Source: a virus
Taxonomy: Duplodnaviria > Heunggongvirae > Uroviricota > Caudoviricetes
Length of the DNA stretch: 64,000 nucleotides
IMG/VR virus record: IMGVR_UViG_2529293038_000017
Span: 1 to 64,000 of that record
Direction: 5' to 3' (one strand)
Part shown: positions 48,698 to 58,492 of the stretch, piece after piece
How positions within the stretch are numbered: the stretch's first letter is position 1
Layout: every line of letters begins with the position of its first letter
The notes under the pieces: model-generated
Seen by the model: only the letters and a program-made list of their open reading frames with translations
Databases searched by the model: none
Told to the model about the DNA's origin: nothing
Program-made: the position numbers and the translations under genes

Positions 48698-50425
48698 TTA
48701 CTCAGAGTCACCAGCATCAATCGTGTTACCGGTCAGGAAGTTAATTCCGCCATTTTTTGCCATAGTCAGAGTTACACGGGTGAAGTAGTCAGCACCGTTG
48801 CGTGGATGCATATCGTTGATAGCCGAACCCCACAGAGTGGTTCGGTTGACTAGTGCCGGGGTGGTCGGATGCTGGAATGGGACAGCCGGGACTGCATCAC
48901 CAGTTACGAAGCCCGCTTTGCCCGGATTTTCATCACGGACGTAGCACAGCACATCCATTGGGCTGAACTGGATACCGTCGGCGGTCAGGTTCGTACAAAT
49001 ACCTTCTGGTACTTCGAACACTTTGACGTTGCCGAACAGAGTGCCAATGTAGTGGACGTATGGGGTCTGGATGTAATCTTCTGCTGGCAGGAAGAAATCC
49101 TTCGGCAATTGTTTGAAGAAAGATGCCGCATCAGCACCGGCATACATCCCCATCGCACCAGAAGATTTAACACGCTCAATAATACCGCGATATACCGTCT
49201 GGAATTTGCCTCGAATGATGGTTGCCCACACATCAAAGGTCTGGTTAGCTGGTAGTGCAATATCAAAGGAGTCGGTCGCAAGAGTTCGCCAAATCATGAT
49301 ACGAAGACGAAGCATATCTTGCTCATGGGACAGGTATTCCTTCAGGGTGCGGAACTGTAGGGAGCCAAGATCCAGACCAAATTCACGCTGTGCTTCATAC
49401 GCCGCCTGTACCGTGTGCTCAGCCGCGATGACGAACTGGTTTGGGAACAGGGTGTAACTCTTCATTTCGTGGTTGATAAGTGGGATCAGCTCAGGAGCTG
49501 CTTCTATATTGATCTCCGCCTCAATGGCGATCTCAGTGCCTTTATCCGGCGCTTTGGAGAACGACAGGGCAATCTGACCAACGTTGTAATTCAAAGAGCA
49601 AGTAACAGTGATTTGTTCGCCTGCTTTGTTATTGAATGTGTGAAGCAGAGTACCGGAGCCGTTATCAACAACAGACTTAATACGGTTAACGTAGATGTTT
49701 GTGCGACCTTTGCGAATCGGGACATTCTGACCTTCGACATCTTCCATCTTGAAGGTTGCAGTTTTGCTGGTGCCGTCGGAGCTTGCAACCAGCACATAGC
49801 GGCGGCGCAACTGGCTGTACACGCCAACGGATTGCATGTCCAGAACATCACCAATAGCATAGGAGCCAAAAGAAGAACCCGCTACGTTAAAGATTTCATA
49901 GATTTCGGACTTGTCACGCGTAACCGGAATGAATGTACACGCATCAGCGGTAGCTGCCCCCAACTGAACAGGCAGGATCATCGCCAAGAATAAAGGCAGA
50001 CGCATAACCCCGTCAGAAACACTCATCATCTCTGCCGCGACTGATTCCAGCATCGCTTTATTGGTGGCGTCCATGCTATTGCGGGTGGACTCAATCAGGC
50101 AGTTTTCCAGCGTCTGATGGCAGGAGGCCAGAATTTCCGGACGTGGCATAGATTTATGTGTTGCGGCGTAGTCAGCCAGTGCACTTGCCCACGCTGTAGC
50201 GATTTGAGCGGTGGCATTATCAGAGATACCCGCAAAAATTGGGTCTTTACGTGCAGCTTCAAGGATAGATGCGGCACGCGCGGCATCATCTTTAATGAAT
50301 TGGTTATCAGTACCGAACTGCGCAGTGCTTGCCCAGCCAAGCACAGCTTTAGAGCGTTTTGCGATATCTGCAATACGATTCTGGTATTCGCGTAAGTTAC
50401 TCAATTTACTCTTCCTTAAACACAA
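48698..50425 (-). CDS. Major capsid protein candidate (about 568-575 aa)
   Basis: Large ORF adjacent to parS, as P1 gene 23 is. Start uncertain: TTG at 50425 or TTG at 50404 with AGGAAG Shine-Dalgarno. Confidence 0.55.
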   Translation of the reverse strand: MCLRKSKLSNLREYQNRIADIAKRSKAVLGWASTAQFGTDNQFIKDDAARAASILEAARKDPIFAGISDNATAQIATAWASALADYAATHKSMPRPEILASCHQTLENCLIESTRNSMDATNKAMLESVAAEMMSVSDGVMRLPLFLAMILPVQLGAATADACTFIPVTRDKSEIYEIFNVAGSSFGSYAIGDVLDMQSVGVYSQLRRRYVLVASSDGTSKTATFKMEDVEGQNVPIRKGRTNIYVNRIKSVVDNGSGTLLHTFNNKAGEQITVTCSLNYNVGQIALSFSKAPDKGTEIAIEAEINIEAAPELIPLINHEMKSYTLFPNQFVIAAEHTVQAAYEAQREFGLDLGSLQFRTLKEYLSHEQDMLRLRIMIWRTLATDSFDIALPANQTFDVWATIIRGKFQTVYRGIIERVKSSGAMGMYAGADAASFFKQLPKDFFLPAEDYIQTPYVHYIGTLFGNVKVFEVPEGICTNLTADGIQFSPMDVLCYVRDENPGKAGFVTGDAVPAVPFQHPTTPALVNRTTLWGSAINDMHPRNGADYFTRVTLTMAKNGGINFLTGNTIDAGDSE

Positions 50426-50539
50426 GGCACTTGTGTGAATCCCTTTTCGGAAGAGATTTTATTGAAAGTCACTTGTTGACTTTCTCGTGACAAGCAATTT
50501 TTTTATTTTTTTCGGGAGTAGGGGAGGAAGGTAAAATCC

Positions 50540-50628
50540 AAGGTGAAATCGTGGCGATTTCACCTTGAAATTTTAGAGTGATTTACTTTAAAAACAGTAG
50601 GTTAATAGTGAAATTTGAATGGCGAAAG
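50540..50628. promoter_or_regulatory. parS: parS partition site
   Basis: Heptamer boxes GTGAAAT/ATTTCAC and hexamer TGGCGA (50543-50563 and 50608-50625) around an AT-rich spacer, directly downstream of parB. Confidence 0.8.
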
Positions 50629-50629
50629 T

Positions 50630-51631
50630 TTAAGGCTTCGGCTTTTTATCGAGGCTCTTTCTAAGGATATGCCCAATCATCCTGTCGAGTTCTTCCTGTA
50701 GCTCTTTTGAAAGTCGATTAAACTCATAAGAAAATGCACGGCCTTTCACGCGCTTCCTTGCAAAGCGATCCTTGTCCTCAAATTTCCATAATTCAGTAAC
50801 TACGGACTTATCTTTAGAACCTTTATCCGTGAGTAGTGAGGCTTCCTTTGTTATCAAGCGCAGGATTTTATTTTTAACTTCATCTTCGGCCATTTCTTCA
50901 ATGGATAAGATGTCGTTTATTTCCGGGGATATGTTTTGAATAAGCTGATCAAACTCTAAATTCTTGTTCCCCATTTCGTCGCCAACAGCACAAAGCGTTT
51001 TGTAGTCCGAAAAGGTTAATTCCGACTGCACAGGGAAAAGGGCGACTAATTCTTCCGGAGCACTCGCTGCCTGGAGAGCACGCGTGACTTTCGCCTGAGA
51101 CAGCCCTTCCTTGGCTGCAATATCCTTCTGACTCATCCCATCATTTTTCATTCGCATCAAACGCAGACCTATTTCTCGAATGCTGTGCTGCAATGCTGTC
51201 TGAACGTCTTTCGCTAAATTTTGCGCTTCCTGAACGCTGATCTCCTGGTCCGTGACTAAAACCCGCAACCCTACGTTCTCTAAGATGGCAGAAGCTCGAC
51301 GCCGGGAACCATCCAAAATTTCAATTTTCCCTGTAGCCCGTCTAACACCTATTGCAGGGTAAAATTGCTGATGCTTAATAGTGCTTCGGATACTTTTTAA
51401 TGATTTTGGCGTAAGAGATGCCTGGTCACGCCCGTTGTTATGCTGATCAACAAAGGTATCGCTTTCTACCTGGTTCGGAGGTATTACCTCTTCAATAAAT
51501 GTGGCCTGGCGACCAGTTGATAACTTGAATACCTGCTCGACTCGATCGCCAGAGGCTGAAGAACTATCAAATCCGCTTAATATTGAAGGATTAAGGGTTC
51601 GCCCAATTGTTGGTCTGTTTTTCTTTGACAT
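50630..51631 (-). CDS. parB: ParB partition protein (333 aa)
   Basis: Length matches P1 ParB; HTH region; lies between parA and parS. Confidence 0.85.
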   Translation of the reverse strand: MSKKNRPTIGRTLNPSILSGFDSSSASGDRVEQVFKLSTGRQATFIEEVIPPNQVESDTFVDQHNNGRDQASLTPKSLKSIRSTIKHQQFYPAIGVRRATGKIEILDGSRRRASAILENVGLRVLVTDQEISVQEAQNLAKDVQTALQHSIREIGLRLMRMKNDGMSQKDIAAKEGLSQAKVTRALQAASAPEELVALFPVQSELTFSDYKTLCAVGDEMGNKNLEFDQLIQNISPEINDILSIEEMAEDEVKNKILRLITKEASLLTDKGSKDKSVVTELWKFEDKDRFARKRVKGRAFSYEFNRLSKELQEELDRMIGHILRKSLDKKPKP

Positions 51632-51647
51632 GGGGGTTTCTTACTCC

Positions 51648-52844
51648 TCAGTTAGATCTGATAAATTCAATACGGTCAAAAACTGCTTTAGCAAAATCTT
51701 CCGCGGCAATTCGCGCGTTCTTCAATGCATCAGCACTACCAACATACGTTGCCGGGTTAGCTGAAATAACAGTGTCAAAAGACTCGCCGCAACGTTCAAA
51801 ACCGTCAAGGCGAGGGAGGACGACATCGAGCATATCCCCACCGAACACTTCTTTAGCCAAGCTATGGCAATACTTATGATCTGCCTTGTTACTCAACTTG
51901 GACATAAAACCAATGTTAGTCGCAAGCTGGCACTCGCAGCCTTCATCCGAAATGAGTTTCACCAACTCAGGAAGGCGGGCAACGTATTTAAGCGATGAGT
52001 GGAAATCGACAGTTGCTGGCGGCAGAGGTGTAAACAGTATATTGGCCGAGGCCAAAGCATTTTTCAGGAAGGCGTCAAGGTGAGGACCACTATCAACGAG
52101 GATAAAGTCATAATCGCTCTTCAGCTTATCAATCACATTTTCTTTCAGGACAGCATGGATGTTCTGACCCGGTAGATGCTCATTGCACAGCTCTCTCCAA
52201 TCGGATGCAATAAAGGCATCGTCAATCGACGCAGGCATAACGTCAACCCCAGGTACAACAGAAGGAACAATAAACTCCTCTAACAGCTCTTCACGGCTTA
52301 CATTCTGCAACATAGCCTGTGCAGATGTTGCGTTTACGATACCAATAGAGTGTTTATGGCTTAAAAACATCGTTGCTGAAGATTGCGGATCAAGGTCAAT
52401 AACCAGAATCCTTAAATCTTCCATCAGAAGATGAGGGTGGGCACGCATTGCATGCGCCAGAGAAACCGTCGATACAGTTTTTGACACACCGCCTTTAAGA
52501 TTGGAGATGAAAATCACATACGCTTCGCTGTAGCGATCCCGGTATTTTGGCACTCCGCGATGTTCATATATGTCAATGATGTTCTGAATTGACATCGCAT
52601 ATTTCATTGAAGAGCCAGCAGGGCGTTTATCGAAAACATAGCCCTTTTCTTCCATTTCACTTACGGCATAGTCAACGTTCGCTCGAGTCAGTAGAGGCAA
52701 TTTTGCCAGTGCCGCTTTCGCATAGACCTGGTAAAACTCGTTCGCGTGTAGCTCATCCTTTTGCAACTGTACTTGTTCAGTCAGAACATTGAGCATTCTG
52801 TTTGCTCTTTGAGCAACCTTGTGAAGCTGGCTGGAATCACTCAT
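51648..52844 (-). CDS. parA: ParA partition ATPase (398 aa)
   Basis: Deviant Walker A KGGVSKT and ParA-type N-terminal DNA-binding extension; 398 aa as in P1 ParA. Confidence 0.9.
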   Translation of the reverse strand: MSDSSQLHKVAQRANRMLNVLTEQVQLQKDELHANEFYQVYAKAALAKLPLLTRANVDYAVSEMEEKGYVFDKRPAGSSMKYAMSIQNIIDIYEHRGVPKYRDRYSEAYVIFISNLKGGVSKTVSTVSLAHAMRAHPHLLMEDLRILVIDLDPQSSATMFLSHKHSIGIVNATSAQAMLQNVSREELLEEFIVPSVVPGVDVMPASIDDAFIASDWRELCNEHLPGQNIHAVLKENVIDKLKSDYDFILVDSGPHLDAFLKNALASANILFTPLPPATVDFHSSLKYVARLPELVKLISDEGCECQLATNIGFMSKLSNKADHKYCHSLAKEVFGGDMLDVVLPRLDGFERCGESFDTVISANPATYVGSADALKNARIAAEDFAKAVFDRIEFIRSN

Positions 52845-52849
52845 CGAAA

Positions 52850-52950
52850 GTCATCCTTTATGCTGTATTTTTGAATTTAATTAAAAATGCTGCATAAAAT
52901 AATAATGTATGCGTAGATGCTTGTACATAGCATTCTCTGCATGTTTACTC
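52850..52950. promoter_or_regulatory. par operon promoter/operator region
   Basis: AT-rich region with imperfect inverted repeats (TGCATAAAATAATAATGTATGC) directly upstream of parA. Confidence 0.4.
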
Positions 52951-53104
52951 CTTTGCCAAGTGTGTCACAACATGCTTTGGCATCCTCCACGTATAAAGGA
53001 CGCGGATTTCTTCTATGTTCAGGTTGTAGCCTGAATCATTTTGGTGATTTCCTGCTTCAACGGGCAGCCAGGCTTCACTCTCTATCAACTGGTGAGAACG
53101 GCTT

Positions 53105-53400
53105 GCCCGGCAGCTTCGATGTGTGCTGGAGGGAGAATAAAAGTCTAAGATGTGCGATAGAGGGAAGTCGCATTGAATTATGTGCTGTGGAGGGATCGCT
53201 GGTATCAAATATGTGTGCTGGAGGGAAAGACAGAGAATTACATGTGCGCTGGAGGGAAAAACTGATGGACAGATGTGTGCTGGAGGGAAAGTCTGGGCAA
53301 ACTGCGGGGCGTCCCCCTCCAGCGCACATCAAAAACAGGAAATTGGACAAGCCTTCCCGGCAGCACACATTTTTTGAATGCAGCTGCCCTCCAGCACACA
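53105..53400. repeat. incA: incA iteron array (about nine RepA-binding repeats)
   Basis: Repeated GATGTGTGCTGGAGGGAAA-like units in both orientations, downstream of repA. Confidence 0.85.
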
Positions 53401-53401
53401 C

Positions 53402-54262
53402 TTATTCGGGGAGTTTCAGCTTTGGATTGCGAGAATGGACGATTACAAAACTTTCCCGGCCTTTCTTCTCTATTGAACAGTCGAGATAGCCGATTGTTTT
53501 AAGCTGTTCTATCGCTTTCTTAATGATACGGTTTTGCTCGCCAACAGCTGACTGCAAAGCCAGGCGCTCACGGATTCGCGCGAACGATAGCGGCAACGGG
53601 TTCTGCGGAAGGCTTTCGATGAAAGTGTAAATGGCTTGTGCAGCTTCTTTCTTCGGAAGGGCACGCAAGGCGTGGTGTTGCAACAGAACGCGATAATCAA
53701 GCTGGAACAGCTCCCACAACTTCGAATCAGCCTCCAGCTCTATCAGATCAAGGTCAGCATCAAAACGCCCGACCTTCAGCAGACCAGTCTGATAGCCGCC
53801 TTTAGCATCTTTTCCGCGCTTAAAAGCGATACCCTTGTTACGCAAGCGTCCAAGTGATTCATGAATGGTTAAACGCAGTTTCGCATCCAGACGTTTTGAG
53901 GGGAAACCACAGGCTTTAGCGAATTCCTGAAACGATAACTGGATGGTGTTTGAGGACAAGCCGTATTTGCTGAACGCGTAGATGACACCGATCCACGTTT
54001 TGAAATCAGTATCCATATCGAGTCGAGGACCGGTGATTTTAATATCATCGTAACCCTCGGCTTTAGCTATCTCCAGCTGGGAAAACGCTTTGGTGGCATC
54101 AATCTCTTTACTTTCTCCTTTGCTCTTTGATGGCTTCGGCACGAATACCCCCAAGCGCATCAACGCTACAGGCTGCACAGTGTTGTTTGAATTAACTGTT
54201 AGTTCTTTTGCCTTACTTTCAATGTCTGCGTAAAGAATATCGGAGATAAATGATTGATTCAT
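53402..54262 (-). CDS. repA: RepA plasmid replication initiator (286 aa)
   Basis: MNQSFISDILYADIESKAKELT...; 286 aa; flanked by iteron arrays as in the P1 R replicon. Confidence 0.92.
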   Translation of the reverse strand: MNQSFISDILYADIESKAKELTVNSNNTVQPVALMRLGVFVPKPSKSKGESKEIDATKAFSQLEIAKAEGYDDIKITGPRLDMDTDFKTWIGVIYAFSKYGLSSNTIQLSFQEFAKACGFPSKRLDAKLRLTIHESLGRLRNKGIAFKRGKDAKGGYQTGLLKVGRFDADLDLIELEADSKLWELFQLDYRVLLQHHALRALPKKEAAQAIYTFIESLPQNPLPLSFARIRERLALQSAVGEQNRIIKKAIEQLKTIGYLDCSIEKKGRESFVIVHSRNPKLKLPE

Positions 54263-54309
54263 ATTACTTTTTCCGAATTGTGTGGATAGTTTTTATAAGT
54301 GGTGATAAC

Positions 54310-54545
54310 TACCCAGGCTTTCCCGTCAGCACACATCCTATATCCCGCCAGCACACATTAGCAACCCGTCAGCACACATTTTTATCCCTCCAGCACACAT
54401 CGTTTTCCCTCCAGCACACATCGCGATACACTTCTAAGCCAGACGTGGCGCGGCCTGCAACGATCAGGGATCTATATGGATCTAATTGGGATCTGTATGG
54501 ACCTGATTATTGGATCTACCCAGTGGATAATGTGGATAAGTGAAA
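54310..54545. promoter_or_regulatory. oriR: oriR plasmid origin (incC iterons, GATC heptamer cluster, tandem DnaA boxes)
   Basis: Five CAGCACACAT-containing iterons (54320-54425), five GATC sites (54462-54520), and DnaA boxes TGGATAA TGTGGATAAG (54521-54540). Confidence 0.85.
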
Positions 54546-54588
54546 AACCGGCCACTGAGGACCGATTTCTGTGAAGAGTTGAAGCGAA

Positions 54589-54990
54589 TTAGTTGTCGTT
54601 TTCCGTACCTACTTCTTCGATCAACAAACTACTTGTATAGATGCGTAACGTATCACCTTTGTAGAGGAATTGATAACCAACACCTCCTATGGCAGGGAGG
54701 TCGGGGAACATTTCAGAAGCAACCCCAGAGCAAATCACGGCGATACAGTCATCCCGCTGTACATCCTTACGCTCTGTACTCAAAGTTTGCTCTTCCCCGA
54801 TTGCCTTTGTCATCTCCTCATCTTCGTACGCAACAGGGATATATTCAATCGCATCAGGCGTTTTGATACCCAGTTCTTCAGCAATCTCGAACGCCTGTTT
54901 AAATTGATCTGACCCAGGATATCCAACGGTAATACTCTCAATTTCGAACAAAGAAGTAGCGTTGTTTATTTCTTGTTTAACCGCAAACAT
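54589..54990 (-). CDS. Hypothetical protein (133 aa), upf-like
   Basis: ORF adjacent to oriR; acidic. Confidence 0.5.
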   Translation of the reverse strand: MFAVKQEINNATSLFEIESITVGYPGSDQFKQAFEIAEELGIKTPDAIEYIPVAYEDEEMTKAIGEEQTLSTERKDVQRDDCIAVICSGVASEMFPDLPAIGGVGYQFLYKGDTLRIYTSSLLIEEVGTENDN

Positions 54991-55060
54991 GTTGTTTGTC
55001 CTTAGTGGCTTCCTGCCAAAGTAAAGTCATGAGTGTTGATATTACGATTTCTACAGTTGA

Positions 55061-55420
55061 TTAAATCTGCTCGCTGAGCTTTTGCTTCAGCAGATAACCT
55101 TCCAGCGGCCAGATTTTCTCAATGGCGTTCTTACGGGCCACCTTACGGCCAATCTCCGCGTCGAAATTTTCAGGGCTGGCACAGGCGCTTTCCCCGGTAA
55201 CAATGAATCCATTGCACAGCACCAAGACACAGATGGTCAGGCTACGCGTAGAGGGATGAACAGACAGCACCTCACGAACGCCTTCGTGCGCAGCGCGAAT
55301 GCCGTCAAAAGCTGTGAAATAATGCTCTTCGGCAATCACACTCTCGATGTGATCAGGAGTCAGGCGTGGTGCTGTTTTGCCTTTGGCCAGAATCTCTTTT
55401 TCAATTTCCATATCGGACAT
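55061..55420 (-). CDS. Hypothetical protein (119 aa)
   Basis: Uninterrupted ORF in the leftward operon. Confidence 0.45.
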   Translation of the reverse strand: MSDMEIEKEILAKGKTAPRLTPDHIESVIAEEHYFTAFDGIRAAHEGVREVLSVHPSTRSLTICVLVLCNGFIVTGESACASPENFDAEIGRKVARKNAIEKIWPLEGYLLKQKLSEQI

Positions 55421-55431
55421 AGTTTTTCCTT

Positions 55432-55683
55432 TTAGTTACCGCTGATAGCACGGTTGTAATCATTAACGTTGCGATTCTTCCTGTTAATCCCCTTCAGCAT
55501 CGTTTCTGTATCGAGGATATACGCTGGCAGATCATCAAAATATTCACTGCTAAACTCTGGCATTCTGCACATAAATGCACTTTTGGGGGCAGGGTGGTTA
55601 ACCTTTGTCGGCGTCGGCGTTAAATTCGCTGATCGACTCCCGGAGCAACCGCTGAGTGTCAGCAGGAATGCGCTGGCGAACAT
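55432..55683 (-). CDS. Putative lipoprotein (mlp-like)
   Basis: Signal peptide with lipobox MFASAFLLTLSGC. Start chosen at the internal Met; the longer ORF reaches 55764. Confidence 0.45.
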   Translation of the reverse strand: MFASAFLLTLSGCSGSRSANLTPTPTKVNHPAPKSAFMCRMPEFSSEYFDDLPAYILDTETMLKGINRKNRNVNDYNRAISGN

Positions 55684-56020
55684 TACCCGCCGCAACCAGT
55701 TGTTTCTGAACTTCAGCTTTTCGTTCCATTTGCCTGTCAGCATATTTGGCTTGTTCTGATTCATTTTTCACTTCCTGGCTGTGAAAATGTTGCTCTGCTT
55801 TGTTCATCGTCTCAATGGTCTGGTTAAGATCCATTATTGACTTATCACGTTCCTTAACAGCCTGATCAAGACTGCCAATTTTCTCCATGGCTTGCTTTAG
55901 CTGATGACGTTCCCATGCAAACCCAGCACCAACAAGTGCGCAAATCAGAACAAGAACACCAGTAGCAGCAAGTTTCTCCTTCAAAGACAAAGCTGTTTTT
56001 AACGTAGAAAAGAATGACAT
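55598..56020 (-). CDS. Membrane-anchored coiled-coil protein (ppfA-like)
   Basis: N-terminal TM segment ATGVLVLICALVGAGFAW; overlaps the lipoprotein ORF in another frame. Confidence 0.4.
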   Translation of the reverse strand: MSFFSTLKTALSLKEKLAATGVLVLICALVGAGFAWERHQLKQAMEKIGSLDQAVKERDKSIMDLNQTIETMNKAEQHFHSQEVKNESEQAKYADRQMERKAEVQKQLVAAGNVRQRIPADTQRLLRESISEFNADADKG

Positions 56021-56059
56021 GTCTTCCTCCTGAAGAAAAATTATCAATGAAGTCCTTTG

Positions 56060-56848
56060 TTACTGTGCCGCTTTGTTTAATTCATCAAGAACAGAATCAG
56101 GAACCAAAGCGGCAACTGCGCTGGCTGTGCTGACCTTATTTGCTGATGCTTCCGCAAGCGCGGTACCGATAGCATGGTTATAAGCAGTTATGGCTACGTT
56201 GGCGCTTTCATTCGCTCGTTCATACTGCTGTTGTAACGCAGTTGTGGGCGCTGTTGTCTGGTTGAAAACAACCCCAAACTGTTCAGTTGCTACTTTCAGA
56301 GATTCAATTTGCTCTTCTGTTAGTGCTGGTGGGGGAGTGGCAGTGCCGCCGCCTGAACCAGAGCCTGACGAGCTTCCTGAGCCAGTGTTAAGGGTCTGGT
56401 TAATCTCCCCCATAGCAGCGACTAAACTTGATGTATTAAGCGCGTTTACAGCGTCCTCAAGCGATTTAGTAATAGTCACATCACCAATGGCAATAGAGAT
56501 CGGCAGTTCTGATACTTCTCGCTCATTAGCACGACAGTAAACATCCCAACCAATATCGAGTTGAAGGAGCATTGACAGATCAGCATAACCAGCCAACAGG
56601 TCCGCGTGCTTAGTTGCCAGTTCTCCAATGTTCGTTAAGCCGGTTGTGGTTGTTCTGATCGTTGAAACATAGCTGGTAATAGTGTCGGGATAGACAATTG
56701 TATCCAGAATTAATCCGGTCAATTCTTCTGCAAGCAGTTTTGCTGTGTTAGCACTGTTTCGTGCCGATGTTATGGCACCAGGTGTTTTCATCCCACCGGC
56801 GGCGGCCAATTTTTTATATGCGGATAACTGGTAGTCTTTTTCCAGCAT
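56060..56848 (-). CDS. Hypothetical protein (262 aa) with Gly/Ser-rich linker, upfB-like
   Basis: ATG at 56848 with AGGAGAT Shine-Dalgarno. Confidence 0.5.
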   Translation of the reverse strand: MLEKDYQLSAYKKLAAAGGMKTPGAITSARNSANTAKLLAEELTGLILDTIVYPDTITSYVSTIRTTTTGLTNIGELATKHADLLAGYADLSMLLQLDIGWDVYCRANEREVSELPISIAIGDVTITKSLEDAVNALNTSSLVAAMGEINQTLNTGSGSSSGSGSGGGTATPPPALTEEQIESLKVATEQFGVVFNQTTAPTTALQQQYERANESANVAITAYNHAIGTALAEASANKVSTASAVAALVPDSVLDELNKAAQ

Positions 56849-56856
56849 GATATCTC

Positions 56857-57141
56857 CTAACTTACCTGAACCAGGCCGTCTCCGGACGCTACGGTAGATC
56901 CGCATGAAACAGGGTCACCAACGCATACGATCCCTTTACCATTGACGGTAAACCATGCCCTGGTTGATATAGCTTGCCCACCGTGCGTACTGTTTCCATC
57001 GGTATGCTGTGCATATTGCTTACCATCAACTAACACTTCGACTCCGTTGACTTTAAGTAGTGGTTCACTCTCTACAGGAGGCCTGGATGGGAATCCTCCG
57101 TGCCCCGAACAAATGCTGTCTTTTGTTGCAATACTTGCCAC
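56857..57141 (-). CDS. PAAR-like small protein (94 aa)
   Basis: Repeated SGHGG/STHGG and CVGDPVSCG motifs reminiscent of PAAR-repeat proteins. GTG start. Confidence 0.45.
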   Translation of the reverse strand: MASIATKDSICSGHGGFPSRPPVESEPLLKVNGVEVLVDGKQYAQHTDGNSTHGGQAISTRAWFTVNGKGIVCVGDPVSCGSTVASGDGLVQVS

Positions 57142-57221
57142 GTCATCACCAATTATTTGCTCTGGTTTTCGTTATTTTAACTTAGGTTACTTGTGGTCTA
57201 TATGGTGTTAACTATTGCATG

Positions 57222-57238
57222 ATTGCTCTAATAAATAT
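57222..57238. promoter_or_regulatory. C1 operator (ATTGCTCTAATAAATAT), Op68-like, upstream of uhr/hrdC/dmt
   Basis: 16/17 consensus match. Confidence 0.65.
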
Positions 57239-57309
57239 TGTTTTTTATGTCGTGTTTTCGGTACCATTCAGCCATCGCCCTTCAATGGGTATTTGTTTGG
57301 AGTCGTCAG

Positions 57310-57594
57310 ATGCAGATGGAGCTAATAAGCCGCAAAGAGTTCGATAGCCGTGTAACCAGCGGTGAACTCGACAACTTGCAGGCTATCAAGGTGAAAGAAG
57401 GCTTTTGCCTCATTGGGAATCAGAGCGGAACAAATCGCGTTTTTATGCTTCGCCGTACGGATTTGAAGCCATTTGTCTGGAAGAACGAAATTGGTCCCAG
57501 CTCATACGCTCAAACTAGGGGGTGCCTCAACCTGGCCTTTTTCTACAAAAACGAGCTTTCTGTGGTTGATATTCAAGGGTTACAACATGTTTAA
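57310..57594 (+). CDS. uhr: Uhr-like small protein
   Basis: ORF immediately upstream of hrdC; start uncertain (track start 57238). Confidence 0.4.
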   Translation: MQMELISRKEFDSRVTSGELDNLQAIKVKEGFCLIGNQSGTNRVFMLRRTDLKPFVWKNEIGPSSYAQTRGCLNLAFFYKNELSVVDIQGLQHV

Positions 57595-58492
57595 GCACTG
57601 GAAAAACATTACTATTTATAAACTTTCTCGTGAAGCGGATCTGACCGACTTAGAAGATAAAAAGAAAATGATCCTTTTCACGCCATGCGGTAGTCAGGAT
57701 ATGGCCAAGTTCGGTTTTGTATCTCCATTTGGTGATAATTCCGAAGTTATCGCTATGCATGGAAATGGTTTTATCCTTGTTGAAGCAAAGCGCGAAACAA
57801 AAATCCTTCCCCCGCCGGTTATCCAGCGAGCTATTCAAGAAAAAATTGAAAAACTCGAGCAAGAACAAGCGCGTAAACTGAAGAAAACAGAGAAGGACTC
57901 CCTGAAAGACGAAGTTCTGCATTCTCTTCTGCCACGGGCTTTTTCAAAGTTTTCTGTTATCCAGGCGATCTACGACGGTTCAACTAAACGTATCTATATC
58001 AATGCCAGCGCGCGGCAGGCAGAGGATATGCTCGCGCTTATGCGTAAATCTCTGGGTTCTCTTCCTGTTGTTCCCCTAAGTGTTGAAAATCCCATTGAAT
58101 TAACGCTGACCGACTGGGTACGTGATGGTAGTGCTCCACAGGGATTTCAAATGGGGGATGCGGCAGAACTTAAGGCAGTGCTTGAGGATGGCGGTATTGC
58201 CCGAGTGAAAAAGCAGGATTTGGGAAGCGATGAAATTTCCACACACCTGGAAGCTGGCAAGCTCGTTACTAAGTTGGCACTCGACTGGCAGAACCGCATT
58301 AAATTTACACTGGACCATAACTTCAGCCTTACCAGCGTCAAATTTGCGGATGAATTGCTTGAGCAGAACTCTGATATTGATAGTGAAGATGTTGCGCAGC
58401 GACTGGACGCAGATTTCTTCCTGTTGACCAGTGAAATTTCGTGCCTGGTTGATGCTCTGGTAAATGCCCTTGGTGGAGAGGCTAAGCAGTGA
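57587..58492 (+). CDS. hrdC: RdgC-family recombination-associated protein (HrdC, 301 aa)
   Basis: Aligns along its length with E. coli RdgC ([15 protein letters not shown]..., [22 protein letters not shown]..., [11 protein letters not shown]...). Confidence 0.9.
   Translation: MFKHWKNITIYKLSREADLTDLEDKKKMILFTPCGSQDMAKFGFVSPFGDNSEVIAMHGNGFILVEAKRETKILPPPVIQRAIQEKIEKLEQEQARKLKKTEKDSLKDEVLHSLLPRAFSKFSVIQAIYDGSTKRIYINASARQAEDMLALMRKSLGSLPVVPLSVENPIELTLTDWVRDGSAPQGFQMGDAAELKAVLEDGGIARVKKQDLGSDEISTHLEAGKLVTKLALDWQNRIKFTLDHNFSLTSVKFADELLEQNSDIDSEDVAQRLDADFFLLTSEISCLVDALVNALGGEAKQ

Noticed and set aside
53105-54430. Short direct repeats with spacers around repA that could be mistaken for a CRISPR array
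   Set aside because: They are 19-bp RepA-binding iterons (incA, and incC within oriR) with irregular spacing and both orientations, flanking repA together with DnaA boxes and GATC sites; there are no cas genes.
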